Shown here: positions 54,849-64,000 of the stretch, in pieces
Layout: each line of letters begins with the position of its first letter
Numbering within the stretch: the stretch's first letter is position 1
Source of the DNA: a virus
Lineage: Duplodnaviria > Caudoviricetes
Reading direction: 5' to 3' (one strand)
Length of the DNA stretch: 64,000 nt
IMG/VR virus record: IMGVR_UViG_3300043432_000238
Span: 1-64,000 of that record
Notes under the pieces: model-generated
Told to the model about the DNA's origin: nothing
Seen by the model: only the letters and a program-made list of their open reading frames with translations
Database searches by the model: none
Translations under genes and position numbers: made by a program

Positions 54849-57800
54849 GTGGCGAAGCAGAACGTCCCGCTGGTATCCTTCAATCGGGGGATCATCTCGC
54901 CGAAGGCGCTGGCCCGTGTCGATCTCGACCGCACGCGGCTGTCCGCCGAGGTCATGCGCAACTGGCTCGCCAAGACGCAAGGGGCGATGACCATCCGTCC
55001 GGGCACGAAGTATTTCGGCTCATCGCTGAACGATACCGGCGCGGCCTGGATCGAATTCGCCGCCGCGACCGACGATGTGGCGCTCCTGGAAGTGACGCCT
55101 CTGGCTATGCGCGTCTGGCTGGGCGATGACCCGCATGCTCTGGCGCTGCTGTCGCGCCCGCATGTCGACACCACGCTCAGCCTTTCCGATACCGGCTGGG
55201 AAGATGCCTCGACCGGCGGCACCTCTTCGACGAGTTCGACCGACGCCATCCCGACCATGACGGGTGCGACCACCAATGGCGTTACGATCAGCGCTTCGTC
55301 GGAGGACGCCTCAATTGGAGCGTCAGCCTGGAAGGTCGGCGACGACAACATCAGTAGTCTTTGGGTCGATACCGGCTTCTTCGAAGGCGGCACGCTGCCA
55401 TCCTGGCTGAAGGTCGATTTTGGCGCGGGCAATACCAAGACTATTGCCGCTTATTCGATCCGTGCCCCGGGCAACTCCAATGCGCTCGACAACGTGCCGC
55501 GCTCCTGGGACTTTCAGGGCAATGATGTCGATACCGGGTCCGATGCGTCCTGGACCACGCTCGACACCGGCGGCGACCAGACCGACTGGTCTGTCAGCGA
55601 GAAGCGGATCTTTACCGTCGGGTCTCCGCAAGCCTTCCGCTTCTATCGCTGGAACATCAAGGAAATCACCGGCGGCGGCGATGCGAGTGGCGAGATAGCC
55701 CTACCAGAAGTCGAATTATTCCCCTCTATCGTCAATACCAAGGCGGCCTTTTCCTCTGGCCGTTTGACGATGAACGCCACCGCCATCGGCGCTTTGGCCA
55801 GGGTGCGCAAGCGCGTCATTGTCGACACGGGTGATGCGGGCGTCGAGCATGGCCTCGCGATCAATATCGCACGCGGTCCCGTGACATTCCGCGTGGGGTC
55901 GAGCGTCGGTGATGACGATTACGTCAGCGAGACGGTGCTCGGCACCGGCTATCACAACCTCGCCTTTACACCCGCCAGCGATTTCTATGTCACGCTGCAG
56001 ACCGACGCCATTGTCAACCGGCTCATAAACTCGCTGGCCATCAGCGACACCGGCACGGTCTCGATAACCTCGCCGTGGGAAGCGGGGGATCTCGACAACA
56101 TCCGTTTCGACCAGTCGGCCGACGTGATCTATGTCGACTGCGCCGGCGTTCACCCAGCCAAGATTGAGCGCCGCGGCACTGGCCGGTCCTGGTCCGTCGT
56201 CCGTTATGAACCCAACAACGGCCCATTTCTTACCTCGCCTTCCAGCGCGGCCAAACTTTCGGTGAGCTTTTATTACGGCAACGTCACGCTGAGTTCCGAC
56301 GTACCCTTCTTCAAGCCTGGCCATGTCGGTGCGCTGATCCGGATCTTCCACGAAACGCAGGGAGGCCAATGGATACTCGGCACGCTCGACGCCAAGACGG
56401 ACGCGGTTGCGGTCACCGGAATTTCCGATACGGGCACGACGCCTCCCACGGATTCGGAACGGGCCATTACTTTTAACGTTGCCGGCAGCGGCGTATTTGC
56501 GACGACCATTGAGAAATCGGTCGATGGTGCCGAATTCGGCTTCAAGGCCATCTCCTCATCCATCGGCACTGCGACCGATACCGGTACACGTTCGCTTACG
56601 ATCATCGACAAGGACGATAATATCAAGGTCTGGTATCGTATCCGTGTCAGCTCTTACACATCGGGCGTTGTGTTGGTCGCTATCACCTATGATGGCGGCG
56701 GCGGTACTACCGGCATCGGACGCATCACCAGCTACAACTCCAACACTTCCGTCGCCATGGAAGTGCTCTCGCGCTTCGCCGAACTCGCTTCATCGGACAA
56801 TTGGCAGGAAGGCTATTGGTCGGATGCGCGCGGCTTTCCGAGCGCCGTCGCCCTGCATAGCGGACGACTGGCTCATGCGGGCGGTTCCACGCTGTTCCTC
56901 TCGGTCTCCGACGATTACGAGAATTTCGACGACACCACGGTCGGCGATGCCGGGCCGATCATCCGTACGCTCGGCTCGGGGCCGGTCGACGCCATCTATT
57001 TCCTGATCTCGCTGATCCGGCTGGTGATCGGCACCACGGGCTCGGAGCTGTCGCTGCGCTCATCCTCGCTGGACGAGCCGGTGACGCCGTCGAACTCGGC
57101 GGCGCGGTCGTTCTCGACCCACGGCTCGGCCAATATCCGCGCATTGAAACTCGACAGCCGCGGCATCCAACTGCAACGCTCGAAGCAGCGCATCTTCATG
57201 GTCGGCTTCGGTGCGACCAGCCAGACGCTCGGCGACTATGAAGGCGTCGAGCTGACGCTGTTCGTCCCCGATCTGCTGAAAGCCGGCGTCGTCTCGCTCG
57301 CCATCCAGCGCATGCCGGACACCCGCCTGCACTGCGTGCTTGCCGACGGCACCGTCGGCATCCTGACCTATGAACCGAACGAGGAGGTGATCTGCTGGCA
57401 GTTCTGGACCACCGAGGGCTCCGTGGAGAAGGCTATGGTGCTGCCCGGCGTCAGCGAGGACGCGGTCTATTACCACATCAACCGCACCGTCAACGGTCAC
57501 ACGAAGCGCTTCCTGGAGAAATGGGCCAAGGAGACCGAATGCCTCGGCGATAGCGGCCTCTGCTGGCTCGCCGACTGCGCCGTCTCCACCACCGACACCG
57601 GCCGGACGAAATCTCTGGCGGTGCCGCACCTCATCGGCGAGCGGGTCATCGCCTGGGGCGATCTCGACACCGGCTCCATGCCGCTGGTCGACCTCTCGCC
57701 GGACACCGATACCGGCGGCGCGCAGCGCACCTATCTGGTCGACACCGGCGGCGACATCACACTGGGCCTCACCGAAGGCGTGCATCACGGCGTCGCCGGC

Positions 57801-58154
57801 TTGCCCTATAGCGCCGCCTGGAAAAGCGCCAAGCTCGCCTATGCCGCCCAGCTCGGCACCGCGCTGACCATGAAGAAGCGCGTGCCCCAGCTCGGCATGG
57901 TGCTTTACCAGACGCACAATAACGGCCTGTTCACCGGCTCCGACACCGGCATGGACAAGGTGCAACCCCTGCCGCGCACGCTCGATAAGGGCGGCGTCGT
58001 CGATCCGGACAAGATTTATCCGGTCATCGACGAGGCCCCCTTCGCCTCGCCCGGCGGCTGGGACTCGGATTCGCGCGTGACGCTTCGGGCGAAAGCGCCC
58101 AGGCCCTGTACCGTGCTCGCCCTCGTGCCTGCGGTCGACACCAATGAGCAATAG
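54849..58154 (+). CDS. tail tubular protein B (nozzle) with discoidin-like insertion, 14 DTG motifs
   Basis: SFNRGIISP...N...G....RPGT N-terminus, GFPSAV..HSGRL; insertion WLKVDFG...Y.I...PRSWDFQG...FRFYRWNI. Confidence 0.85.
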   Translation: MAKQNVPLVSFNRGIISPKALARVDLDRTRLSAEVMRNWLAKTQGAMTIRPGTKYFGSSLNDTGAAWIEFAAATDDVALLEVTPLAMRVWLGDDPHALALLSRPHVDTTLSLSDTGWEDASTGGTSSTSSTDAIPTMTGATTNGVTISASSEDASIGASAWKVGDDNISSLWVDTGFFEGGTLPSWLKVDFGAGNTKTIAAYSIRAPGNSNALDNVPRSWDFQGNDVDTGSDASWTTLDTGGDQTDWSVSEKRIFTVGSPQAFRFYRWNIKEITGGGDASGEIALPEVELFPSIVNTKAAFSSGRLTMNATAIGALARVRKRVIVDTGDAGVEHGLAINIARGPVTFRVGSSVGDDDYVSETVLGTGYHNLAFTPASDFYVTLQTDAIVNRLINSLAISDTGTVSITSPWEAGDLDNIRFDQSADVIYVDCAGVHPAKIERRGTGRSWSVVRYEPNNGPFLTSPSSAAKLSVSFYYGNVTLSSDVPFFKPGHVGALIRIFHETQGGQWILGTLDAKTDAVAVTGISDTGTTPPTDSERAITFNVAGSGVFATTIEKSVDGAEFGFKAISSSIGTATDTGTRSLTIIDKDDNIKVWYRIRVSSYTSGVVLVAITYDGGGGTTGIGRITSYNSNTSVAMEVLSRFAELASSDNWQEGYWSDARGFPSAVALHSGRLAHAGGSTLFLSVSDDYENFDDTTVGDAGPIIRTLGSGPVDAIYFLISLIRLVIGTTGSELSLRSSSLDEPVTPSNSAARSFSTHGSANIRALKLDSRGIQLQRSKQRIFMVGFGATSQTLGDYEGVELTLFVPDLLKAGVVSLAIQRMPDTRLHCVLADGTVGILTYEPNEEVICWQFWTTEGSVEKAMVLPGVSEDAVYYHINRTVNGHTKRFLEKWAKETECLGDSGLCWLADCAVSTTDTGRTKSLAVPHLIGERVIAWGDLDTGSMPLVDLSPDTDTGGAQRTYLVDTGGDITLGLTEGVHHGVAGLPYSAAWKSAKLAYAAQLGTALTMKKRVPQLGMVLYQTHNNGLFTGSDTGMDKVQPLPRTLDKGGVVDPDKIYPVIDEAPFASPGGWDSDSRVTLRAKAPRPCTVLALVPAVDTNEQ

Positions 58155-58512
58155 CCCGGTCATCCGCCCCGCGGGCCGCGCCGATATCGATATTTTCGCC
58201 AGAGGCGATGCCGTGCCATCGATCAGGGCCGTCTGCATGGAGGTGGACGGCAAGGTGATCGCGCTCGGCGGCGTTGCCTACGCCAAAGGCCGCTGGATCG
58301 GCTTCTGCGATCTCACCCCCGAGGCGAGGCGTTACAAGATGCGCATCATGCGGGCGGCCCGCCGCTTTCTGGACGAGGCGCGCCGTGACGGCATCCGCTT
58401 CATCTATGCCGGCCGGGACACCGATGAGCCTCGCTCGCTCGCCTGGCTCACCAGCCTCGGCTTCGTCCTCGATCCCAGATCGCAATCCCTCTATCGCTGG
58501 AGCGCCAAATAG
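58144..58512 (+). CDS. GNAT-like protein (T7 gp13-like position)
   Basis: IRPAGRADI...SLAWLTSLGF. Confidence 0.7.
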   Translation: MSNSPVIRPAGRADIDIFARGDAVPSIRAVCMEVDGKVIALGGVAYAKGRWIGFCDLTPEARRYKMRIMRAARRFLDEARRDGIRFIYAGRDTDEPRSLAWLTSLGFVLDPRSQSLYRWSAK

Positions 58513-59016
58513 ATGGCCGCACTGCCTTTCATCTCCGCAGTCGCAGGGCTGGCGGGTTCTTTCATTGCTGCGCGCGGAACGATCGCCGCGGGGAAGGCGC
58601 AGCAGCGGGCGCTGAACTATGAGGCGGCGCAGCTCGACCAGGAGGCCAAGCAGAAAGAGGCCGAAGCCCAGGTCGAGGCGCAGCAATATCAGCGCAAGAA
58701 GGAACTGACGCTGTCGAACCTGCAGGCGAATGCGGCGGCGTCGGGCTTCACCGCGACAGATCCGACCGCATTGGCGCTGGCCGACGAGATCTCGCGCTAC
58801 GGCACCTATCAGCAGCAACTGGCGCAATATGGCGGCGAGAACCAGCGCGCCGGGCTGGAAGCGCAGGCGGAAGGTCGCCGGATGACCGGCCGGGCCGCCG
58901 TGACGGGTGCACGCTATAGTGCCGCCGGTACCATCCTCGGCGGGATTTCATCGCTCGCCGGTAAATTCGCGTCCTCGACACCAGCGGTCGGGGCCACCAG
59001 CTTCAGATACGGATAA
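58513..59016 (+). CDS. internal virion (ejection) protein, gp14-like
   Basis: Ala/Gln-rich helical; AAASGF; position. Confidence 0.75.
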   Translation: MAALPFISAVAGLAGSFIAARGTIAAGKAQQRALNYEAAQLDQEAKQKEAEAQVEAQQYQRKKELTLSNLQANAAASGFTATDPTALALADEISRYGTYQQQLAQYGGENQRAGLEAQAEGRRMTGRAAVTGARYSAAGTILGGISSLAGKFASSTPAVGATSFRYG

Positions 59017-59022
59017 TCCGGC

Positions 59023-61455
59023 GTGGCAAAGCTTCCGACCCAGGAATCGCTCGGCGGTCTGCCGGCGATCCAGAACCGTCCGATTGCGACCTACGACACG
59101 ACGGCGATCGGCCGCGGCGCGGCCAATCTCGGTCAGGGCATCGAGCGGGTGGGTGCCGCGCTCGACACCATCGACGCCGCCCAGAATCAGGCGCAGGCAT
59201 TCGAGACCGAGCGGCGTTTCCAGGAATTCAAATGGGACCAGCAGAAGGGTCTCGACACCCAGATGCGGCAGGTCGAACCGGGACAGGCGGACGGCTTTGC
59301 CGATCAATGGGCGCAGGGTTACAAGCAAAACGCCAAAGATTTCTTTGCGACCGTCCCGGACCGGCTGAAACCGCAGTTTGACGAACGGCTGTTCGGCGTC
59401 GAGCGCGATTTCTACAACAGCGCCGCGACCTTCGCGCGCACCGAGCAGAAGCGCTATTCGCTCGAGCAGCTCAACGATACGTCCAGCCAGTATTATTCCC
59501 GCGCATCGGCGGGCGAGCCACTCGATAATATCAGGAATGATTACAAGACTGCCATCAAGCTGAATCCCTATCTGACGCCGATCGAAAAGGACGAGGAAGC
59601 AAGAAACGGGTTCCTCGGACTTGAAAAGGCGGCGATCGAGGGCCGGCTCGCGCGCGGCGAGGATCCGGTTGCGCTGCTGAAAGACGTGAAGATACAGCCG
59701 CGCAAATCGCCGATCGATACCGACCTCAATCCGGAAGTCCGGGCAAAGCCTTTCGATGGTTCGGCAGAAATCCCAGCGGCACCCAAGCCCTTGCCGTTTT
59801 CCGCCAGCGTCAACGACGCCATTACCGCCGCGGCCAACAAGCACGGCGTTGATCCCGGATTGCTCGCAACCTTTGCCAAGATCGAGAGCGGCGGTAAGCC
59901 GGGAGCGCAGACCGGCTCATACAAGGGATTGTTTCAGCTTTCGAACACCGAATTCCGCAAACATGGCGGCGAAGGGAATATTTTCGATCCTGCCGCTAAT
60001 GCCGATGCGGCCGCGGCGAAACTGAAAACTGAAGCTGATCAGTTCCAGGAAAAATATGGTCGGCCGCCATCGCCGATCGATCTCTACATGATCCACCAGC
60101 AGGGCGAGGCCGGCTACGATGCGCACATGGCCATGCCGGATGCGCCGGCCTGGCAGAATATGGCATCGACAGGCGAAGGCCGCGAGAAAGGCACGCGCTG
60201 GGCGAAGCAGGCGATCTGGGGAAACATCCCCGACGATGTCAAGGCGCAGTTTCCGGGTGGCGTCGACAGTGTCACCAGCGCCGATTTCGTCAAGATCTGG
60301 CAGAACAAGCTCGATCATTTCGGCGCGCCTTCCGCGGCAGCAACGCCGAAACAGGAATATGATCTCGGTCCTTACCCGCATCTCGACGCCAAAACCCGCT
60401 CTGCGCTGATCTATCAGATCACCCTGGCCGGCCATGAGACCGCGCTCGCCGATATGCGCGACGCCGAGGCTTCACTTCGCCGCGTTGGTAAAGCTGCGGT
60501 CGACGATCAGGGCCGCACCGCTCTCGATCGTGCCAAGACCATCCTGACGCGGAACCAATACACCAAGGCGAAATTGGGTTGGGATGCGGCTATTGCCGAA
60601 CATGAGGCTGTGTCACCGATCGCCGATATGACGGCGACCGAAGCTGCCGATCATCTCGATAGCCTGACGCCGAATCTGGGGATGGACGATGAACGCTATG
60701 CCATAGCCGACCGGGTGCAGAAGAAGGCGAACGATGAATGGACGCGGATCGCGGGCCTGCGTGATACCGACCCGGCGCTTTCGGTCGACAAGTCGCCAGA
60801 GGTGCTGGAGGCCAAGGACAAGCTCAAGCACCTGACACAGATGTGGCCGGCCCAGCAGAACGCCATCCTGATCGACGCCAGGAAAGCGGCGCAGACCCGC
60901 GTCGGCATCCCGGACTTCCAACAGCGTGTCCTGACCGATGCCGAGGCCGCCGATCTGCTGCGGTTGCCCCGCCACCCCGACGATCCGCAGATCGTCCAGG
61001 ACGCCATGAAAGACGCCGTCGAGAGGGCGCGCGAGCGTTACGGTCACTATGCCGGCGACGCGCTCGACAGCGCCATCTCCGTGCATCTGAAGCCCAAAGA
61101 GAACAGGGACGCCGCGCGCTTTTTCTCCGACACCTTGCGGGCGGAGAACAAGCCGAAGCCGGCGGCAGGCGACAATTCATGGGGACAGTATTTCACCGGC
61201 TGGTTCGGCGGTGCATCGCCTCCCGAGATGCCAGGGAAGAATCCGTTGCGGACAGGCGCGGCCCAGGCCCCGACGAAAGCGAACCCGCTGCCGGCGCAGC
61301 CATCCGCCAGCTCATCCGCGCCTCTCCCCAATCAGGCGCAGATCGACTGGGCGGCGAGCGACCCGCAGAACCGGCAGGCCGCGTTTGACGACAAGTTCGG
61401 CCCCGGCGCATTCGCCAAAGCGATGGCGGGCCGGCAGGCAGGAGGCGCGCGCTGA
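59023..61455 (+). CDS. internal virion protein with lytic transglycosylase domain
   Basis: HGVDPGLLATFAKIESGG...KGLFQL...IFDPAANA (about 59800-60120). Confidence 0.85.
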   Translation: MAKLPTQESLGGLPAIQNRPIATYDTTAIGRGAANLGQGIERVGAALDTIDAAQNQAQAFETERRFQEFKWDQQKGLDTQMRQVEPGQADGFADQWAQGYKQNAKDFFATVPDRLKPQFDERLFGVERDFYNSAATFARTEQKRYSLEQLNDTSSQYYSRASAGEPLDNIRNDYKTAIKLNPYLTPIEKDEEARNGFLGLEKAAIEGRLARGEDPVALLKDVKIQPRKSPIDTDLNPEVRAKPFDGSAEIPAAPKPLPFSASVNDAITAAANKHGVDPGLLATFAKIESGGKPGAQTGSYKGLFQLSNTEFRKHGGEGNIFDPAANADAAAAKLKTEADQFQEKYGRPPSPIDLYMIHQQGEAGYDAHMAMPDAPAWQNMASTGEGREKGTRWAKQAIWGNIPDDVKAQFPGGVDSVTSADFVKIWQNKLDHFGAPSAAATPKQEYDLGPYPHLDAKTRSALIYQITLAGHETALADMRDAEASLRRVGKAAVDDQGRTALDRAKTILTRNQYTKAKLGWDAAIAEHEAVSPIADMTATEAADHLDSLTPNLGMDDERYAIADRVQKKANDEWTRIAGLRDTDPALSVDKSPEVLEAKDKLKHLTQMWPAQQNAILIDARKAAQTRVGIPDFQQRVLTDAEAADLLRLPRHPDDPQIVQDAMKDAVERARERYGHYAGDALDSAISVHLKPKENRDAARFFSDTLRAENKPKPAAGDNSWGQYFTGWFGGASPPEMPGKNPLRTGAAQAPTKANPLPAQPSASSSAPLPNQAQIDWAASDPQNRQAAFDDKFGPGAFAKAMAGRQAGGAR

Positions 61456-64000
61456 TGGACGAGATGCCTGTTTCGACTCTGGCTGGCGGCGCAGAGATGG
61501 ATCTGCGCGCCCAGCTCGATGCGCTGGACGACACGCCGCAGACGACGATCATCCCGAAATCGCGTCCGGAGGGCAGCGCCGACGTCGAGGTCGATCCGCT
61601 CATGCAGCAGATCACGGACAGCGGCAAGCTGGACCAGCTCACGCGCTCGGTCGTCAACGACCGCGACATGGCGCCGATCGACGCCACCGCCCGCAGCCAG
61701 GCCGAAGCCCATCAGGGCATGCTGGATGAGTGGGAGAAGGAGGTCGCCCACCAACAGGCGCTGCTCGCCGACCCCTCCATCTCCGGCCAGCCGGTCGACA
61801 TCCTGAAGGCCAATCTCGCCTTTGCCGAGAAGCGCCGCGACGAGATCCGCGCTGAGCGCGACAAGGCGCGGGCCCTGCAGACCGAGAACCTCTCCGATTT
61901 CTGGCAGCCCTTTGCACAAGCGTTTGCGCCGCAGCCGACCGAGGCCAAAGCGCTGCAGCAATATGCGGAGAGCGCGGGTGCCGACGGGCTGGCGGCAGGT
62001 GCTGGAGCCTTTGCCGATTATCTCGGCAGCGAGCTGGCGGCCTCTGGCTGGGAACCCTTGTCGCTGTCGAAGGTCAGCGGCATTAGCGATTTCGGCCGCT
62101 ATCTGGAGCAGACTGCGGGCTCGGCGGCCGGCACGCTGGCGCATTTCGGCACCATTGGCGCGTTGACGGGCGGCACCGGCGTCGTCGCCGACCTGATGGC
62201 GCAGGGCCATGGCCAGATGCGCCAGGCGCTGGAGCAGGCCGGCGTCACCGACAAGGCATCGCTCGCCAAGGGCACCTATACCTACGGCACGCTGGTCGGC
62301 GGGCTGCAGGCTGTGGTGCCCTGGGCGGTGATGCGCGGACTGACCGCGCCGGCACAAGCCGCTTTCGTCGGCACCCTTGCGCAGATCTCCGCACGCGTCG
62401 CCACCGGCAGCTTGAAGATGGGCCTCGCGCAGACGCTCGCCATGTCGCTGGCGGGCGTTGCCGAGACCTATGGCATCACCGACGTCACCGGCAAGCCGAT
62501 CGACTGGGGCGCGGTCGGCCAGAAGGTGTTGGAAGACATCCCGCAGAACGCCATCACCGGCACGCTGTTCGGGGCGTTCGGTGAGGCCGGCAAGATCGCG
62601 GGAGGCGGCTACAAGTTGCGATCGAGCGACGAGCAGGTGCAAGCCTTCATGGAATTGGCCGGCATCAAGCCGGGCACGCCTGCCGCCGACGAATTCATGG
62701 CGGCAAAGGCGAAGTTCGATGCCGAGCGCGCTGCTGCCGAGCAGGCGGCCCGACCGCGTCTTCCCGCGCCGCAGATGGGTGAGACGACTGCCGGCGAAGC
62801 TGCCACTGGGAAACCCTCACCTGCCCCTGACGCATTGCGCCAGGAACTCGGCGAGCTGGCCACCGAGCGCACACCCGAAGCCGATGCACGCCGCGCCGAG
62901 ATCGAACGGCAACTGGCAGCAGCAGAGCAAAAGCCTGAAGCGAAGGCACCGGAAGAAGACGCTCTGCGTTCGGAATTGGCGCGTCAGGACGAAGCCGTCG
63001 GCACGCCGGTCCTGACGCAGGCTTACGACCGTTTGAGCGATGCGCAGCGCCGCGAGGCCGCCGACCGCGTCGGCAAGGGCGAGGACGCCGCCGACGTGGT
63101 CGAAAACATCGCCATCCGCAGCGTGCAGGTCGAGCAATATCTGGAGGACAATGATCTCTCATTGTCCGATGAAGCCAAGGGCGGCGTCACTCGCTGGATG
63201 GCGAACGGCCGGCCGATCGAGGAGGCAGCGTCACTCTATGCCGAGGAAGAATTCCTCCGGGAACTCACCAGCCGACAAGGGCTCGCCGCGGGCGCGCCTG
63301 CCGGGGAAACCGCAGCCGCTGGCGGCGGAGCCACAGCCGAACCCAACGCCGGAGCTGGCGAGCCAGCCGCCGGCTCCGCCAGCGGAGCAACCGGCACTGC
63401 CGTCGCCGGAGCCGAGCCCACAGCAGGAGAGCCAGCCGCAGGCGCAGCCGGAGCCATCACCCGCCCCGCAGCCGCCGAGCCCACCGCAGCAGCCCCAGGA
63501 ACCAGCCTCCCAGCCGGCGGAGCCCCAGCAGCCGCAGGGCTGGAGCCCGGATCAGCACGCCCAGGCGGCGAGCCAGTTGCAGGCATGGGCACGGGAGGAG
63601 CCGGCCCCGAAGGAACGCCAGCGGCTGGAAGAGCTGGCGGCGTTGCACCGGCATCTGGCGGGGAGGGTGCAGCCGGAGCCGGCTCAGGCATAACCTTCAA
63701 GACCGCGAAGGGCTCGTCCTACGTCGTTCATGACGATGGCACGACATCGCGGGACAAAAAATACCGGCCCGAGCATGGCGAGAAGGAGCAAGGACCGCAG
63801 CCGCGTTCTGAACGCACGTTCTATGTGACGGCAGAAGACGCGCAAAAGCTAGGAGAGTTCCAGACCCAAGGCACCAAGAAAGCCGTGGTCGTCGACGAAA
63901 AGACCGGTCACGCCGCGGTCAAATATTTGGAGGGCAAGGCTGCCGGAAAAATCGAAAAGCGGACCGTCGTCAAGTTCCAGACCGAGCCCGCGGTCGGGCT
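61455..64000 (+). CDS. large internal virion protein (gp16-like), truncated by the window end
   Basis: TGATG coupling at 61453-61457; my translation found no stop before the end of the window (MDEMPVSTLAGG...KFQTEPAVG). It is absent from the ORF track, presumably because it has no stop. Confidence 0.8.
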   Translation, partial: MDEMPVSTLAGGAEMDLRAQLDALDDTPQTTIIPKSRPEGSADVEVDPLMQQITDSGKLDQLTRSVVNDRDMAPIDATARSQAEAHQGMLDEWEKEVAHQQALLADPSISGQPVDILKANLAFAEKRRDEIRAERDKARALQTENLSDFWQPFAQAFAPQPTEAKALQQYAESAGADGLAAGAGAFADYLGSELAASGWEPLSLSKVSGISDFGRYLEQTAGSAAGTLAHFGTIGALTGGTGVVADLMAQGHGQMRQALEQAGVTDKASLAKGTYTYGTLVGGLQAVVPWAVMRGLTAPAQAAFVGTLAQISARVATGSLKMGLAQTLAMSLAGVAETYGITDVTGKPIDWGAVGQKVLEDIPQNAITGTLFGAFGEAGKIAGGGYKLRSSDEQVQAFMELAGIKPGTPAADEFMAAKAKFDAERAAAEQAARPRLPAPQMGETTAGEAATGKPSPAPDALRQELGELATERTPEADARRAEIERQLAAAEQKPEAKAPEEDALRSELARQDEAVGTPVLTQAYDRLSDAQRREAADRVGKGEDAADVVENIAIRSVQVEQYLEDNDLSLSDEAKGGVTRWMANGRPIEEAASLYAEEEFLRELTSRQGLAAGAPAGETAAAGGGATAEPNAGAGEPAAGSASGATGTAVAGAEPTAGEPAAGAAGAITRPAAAEPTAAAPGTSLPAGGAPAAAGLEPGSARPGGEPVAGMGTGGAGPEGTPAAGRAGGVAPASGGEGAAGAGSGITFKTAKGSSYVVHDDGTTSRDKKYRPEHGEKEQGPQPRSERTFYVTAEDAQKLGEFQTQGTKKAVVVDEKTGHAAVKYLEGKAAGKIEKRTVVKFQTEPAVG

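Noticed and set aside
36201-58154. DTG as aspartic-protease active sites
   Set aside because: Up to 14 copies per protein in non-protease virion folds, without the hydrophobic-hydrophobic-DTG-A/S plus HHG context.
63200-63700. Pro/Gln-rich repeat ORF 63040-63693
   Set aside because: Off-frame reading of the Ala/Gly-rich linker of the large internal virion protein.

Overview
The window is about 64 kb of a GC-rich temperate podovirus genome with a T7/BPP-1-like virion module. The host is probably an alphaproteobacterium, judging by a GcrA homolog, an ExoM-like glycosyltransferase and promoter style. The phage appears to be in its unintegrated form: an intact attP (integrase arm repeats on both sides of a 5' tRNA-Gln half) lies at about 9617-9814. 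Left to right: CRISPR array (runs off the left edge), putative tracrRNA, cas2 remnant, nuclease-dead TnpB/Cas12-like gene, small hypothetical genes, two glycosyltransferases, attP, integrase and excisionase, early/recombination genes, CI/Cro switch, GcrA/MTase/SSB/helicase and a probable origin, accessory genes, terminase small subunit, a ~13 kb glycan-modification and decoration cluster, terminase large subunit, portal, scaffold, capsid, tail tube and internal virion proteins (last ORF runs off the right edge). Two candidate novel systems stand out. (1) A phage-borne type V-like module: a TnpB-family protein with all three RuvC acidic residues replaced and a DUF2695-like insertion, a ~200-nt structured RNA whose anti-repeat pairs with the CRISPR repeat via G-U wobbles, and an array apparently captured from a type I-E locus. 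(2) A candidate virion-protein glycosylation system: 37 Asp-Thr-Gly motifs in six predicted outer virion proteins, alongside phage-encoded glycosyl-, sulfo- and methyltransferases. All protein family calls come from motif recognition by eye, not database searches.
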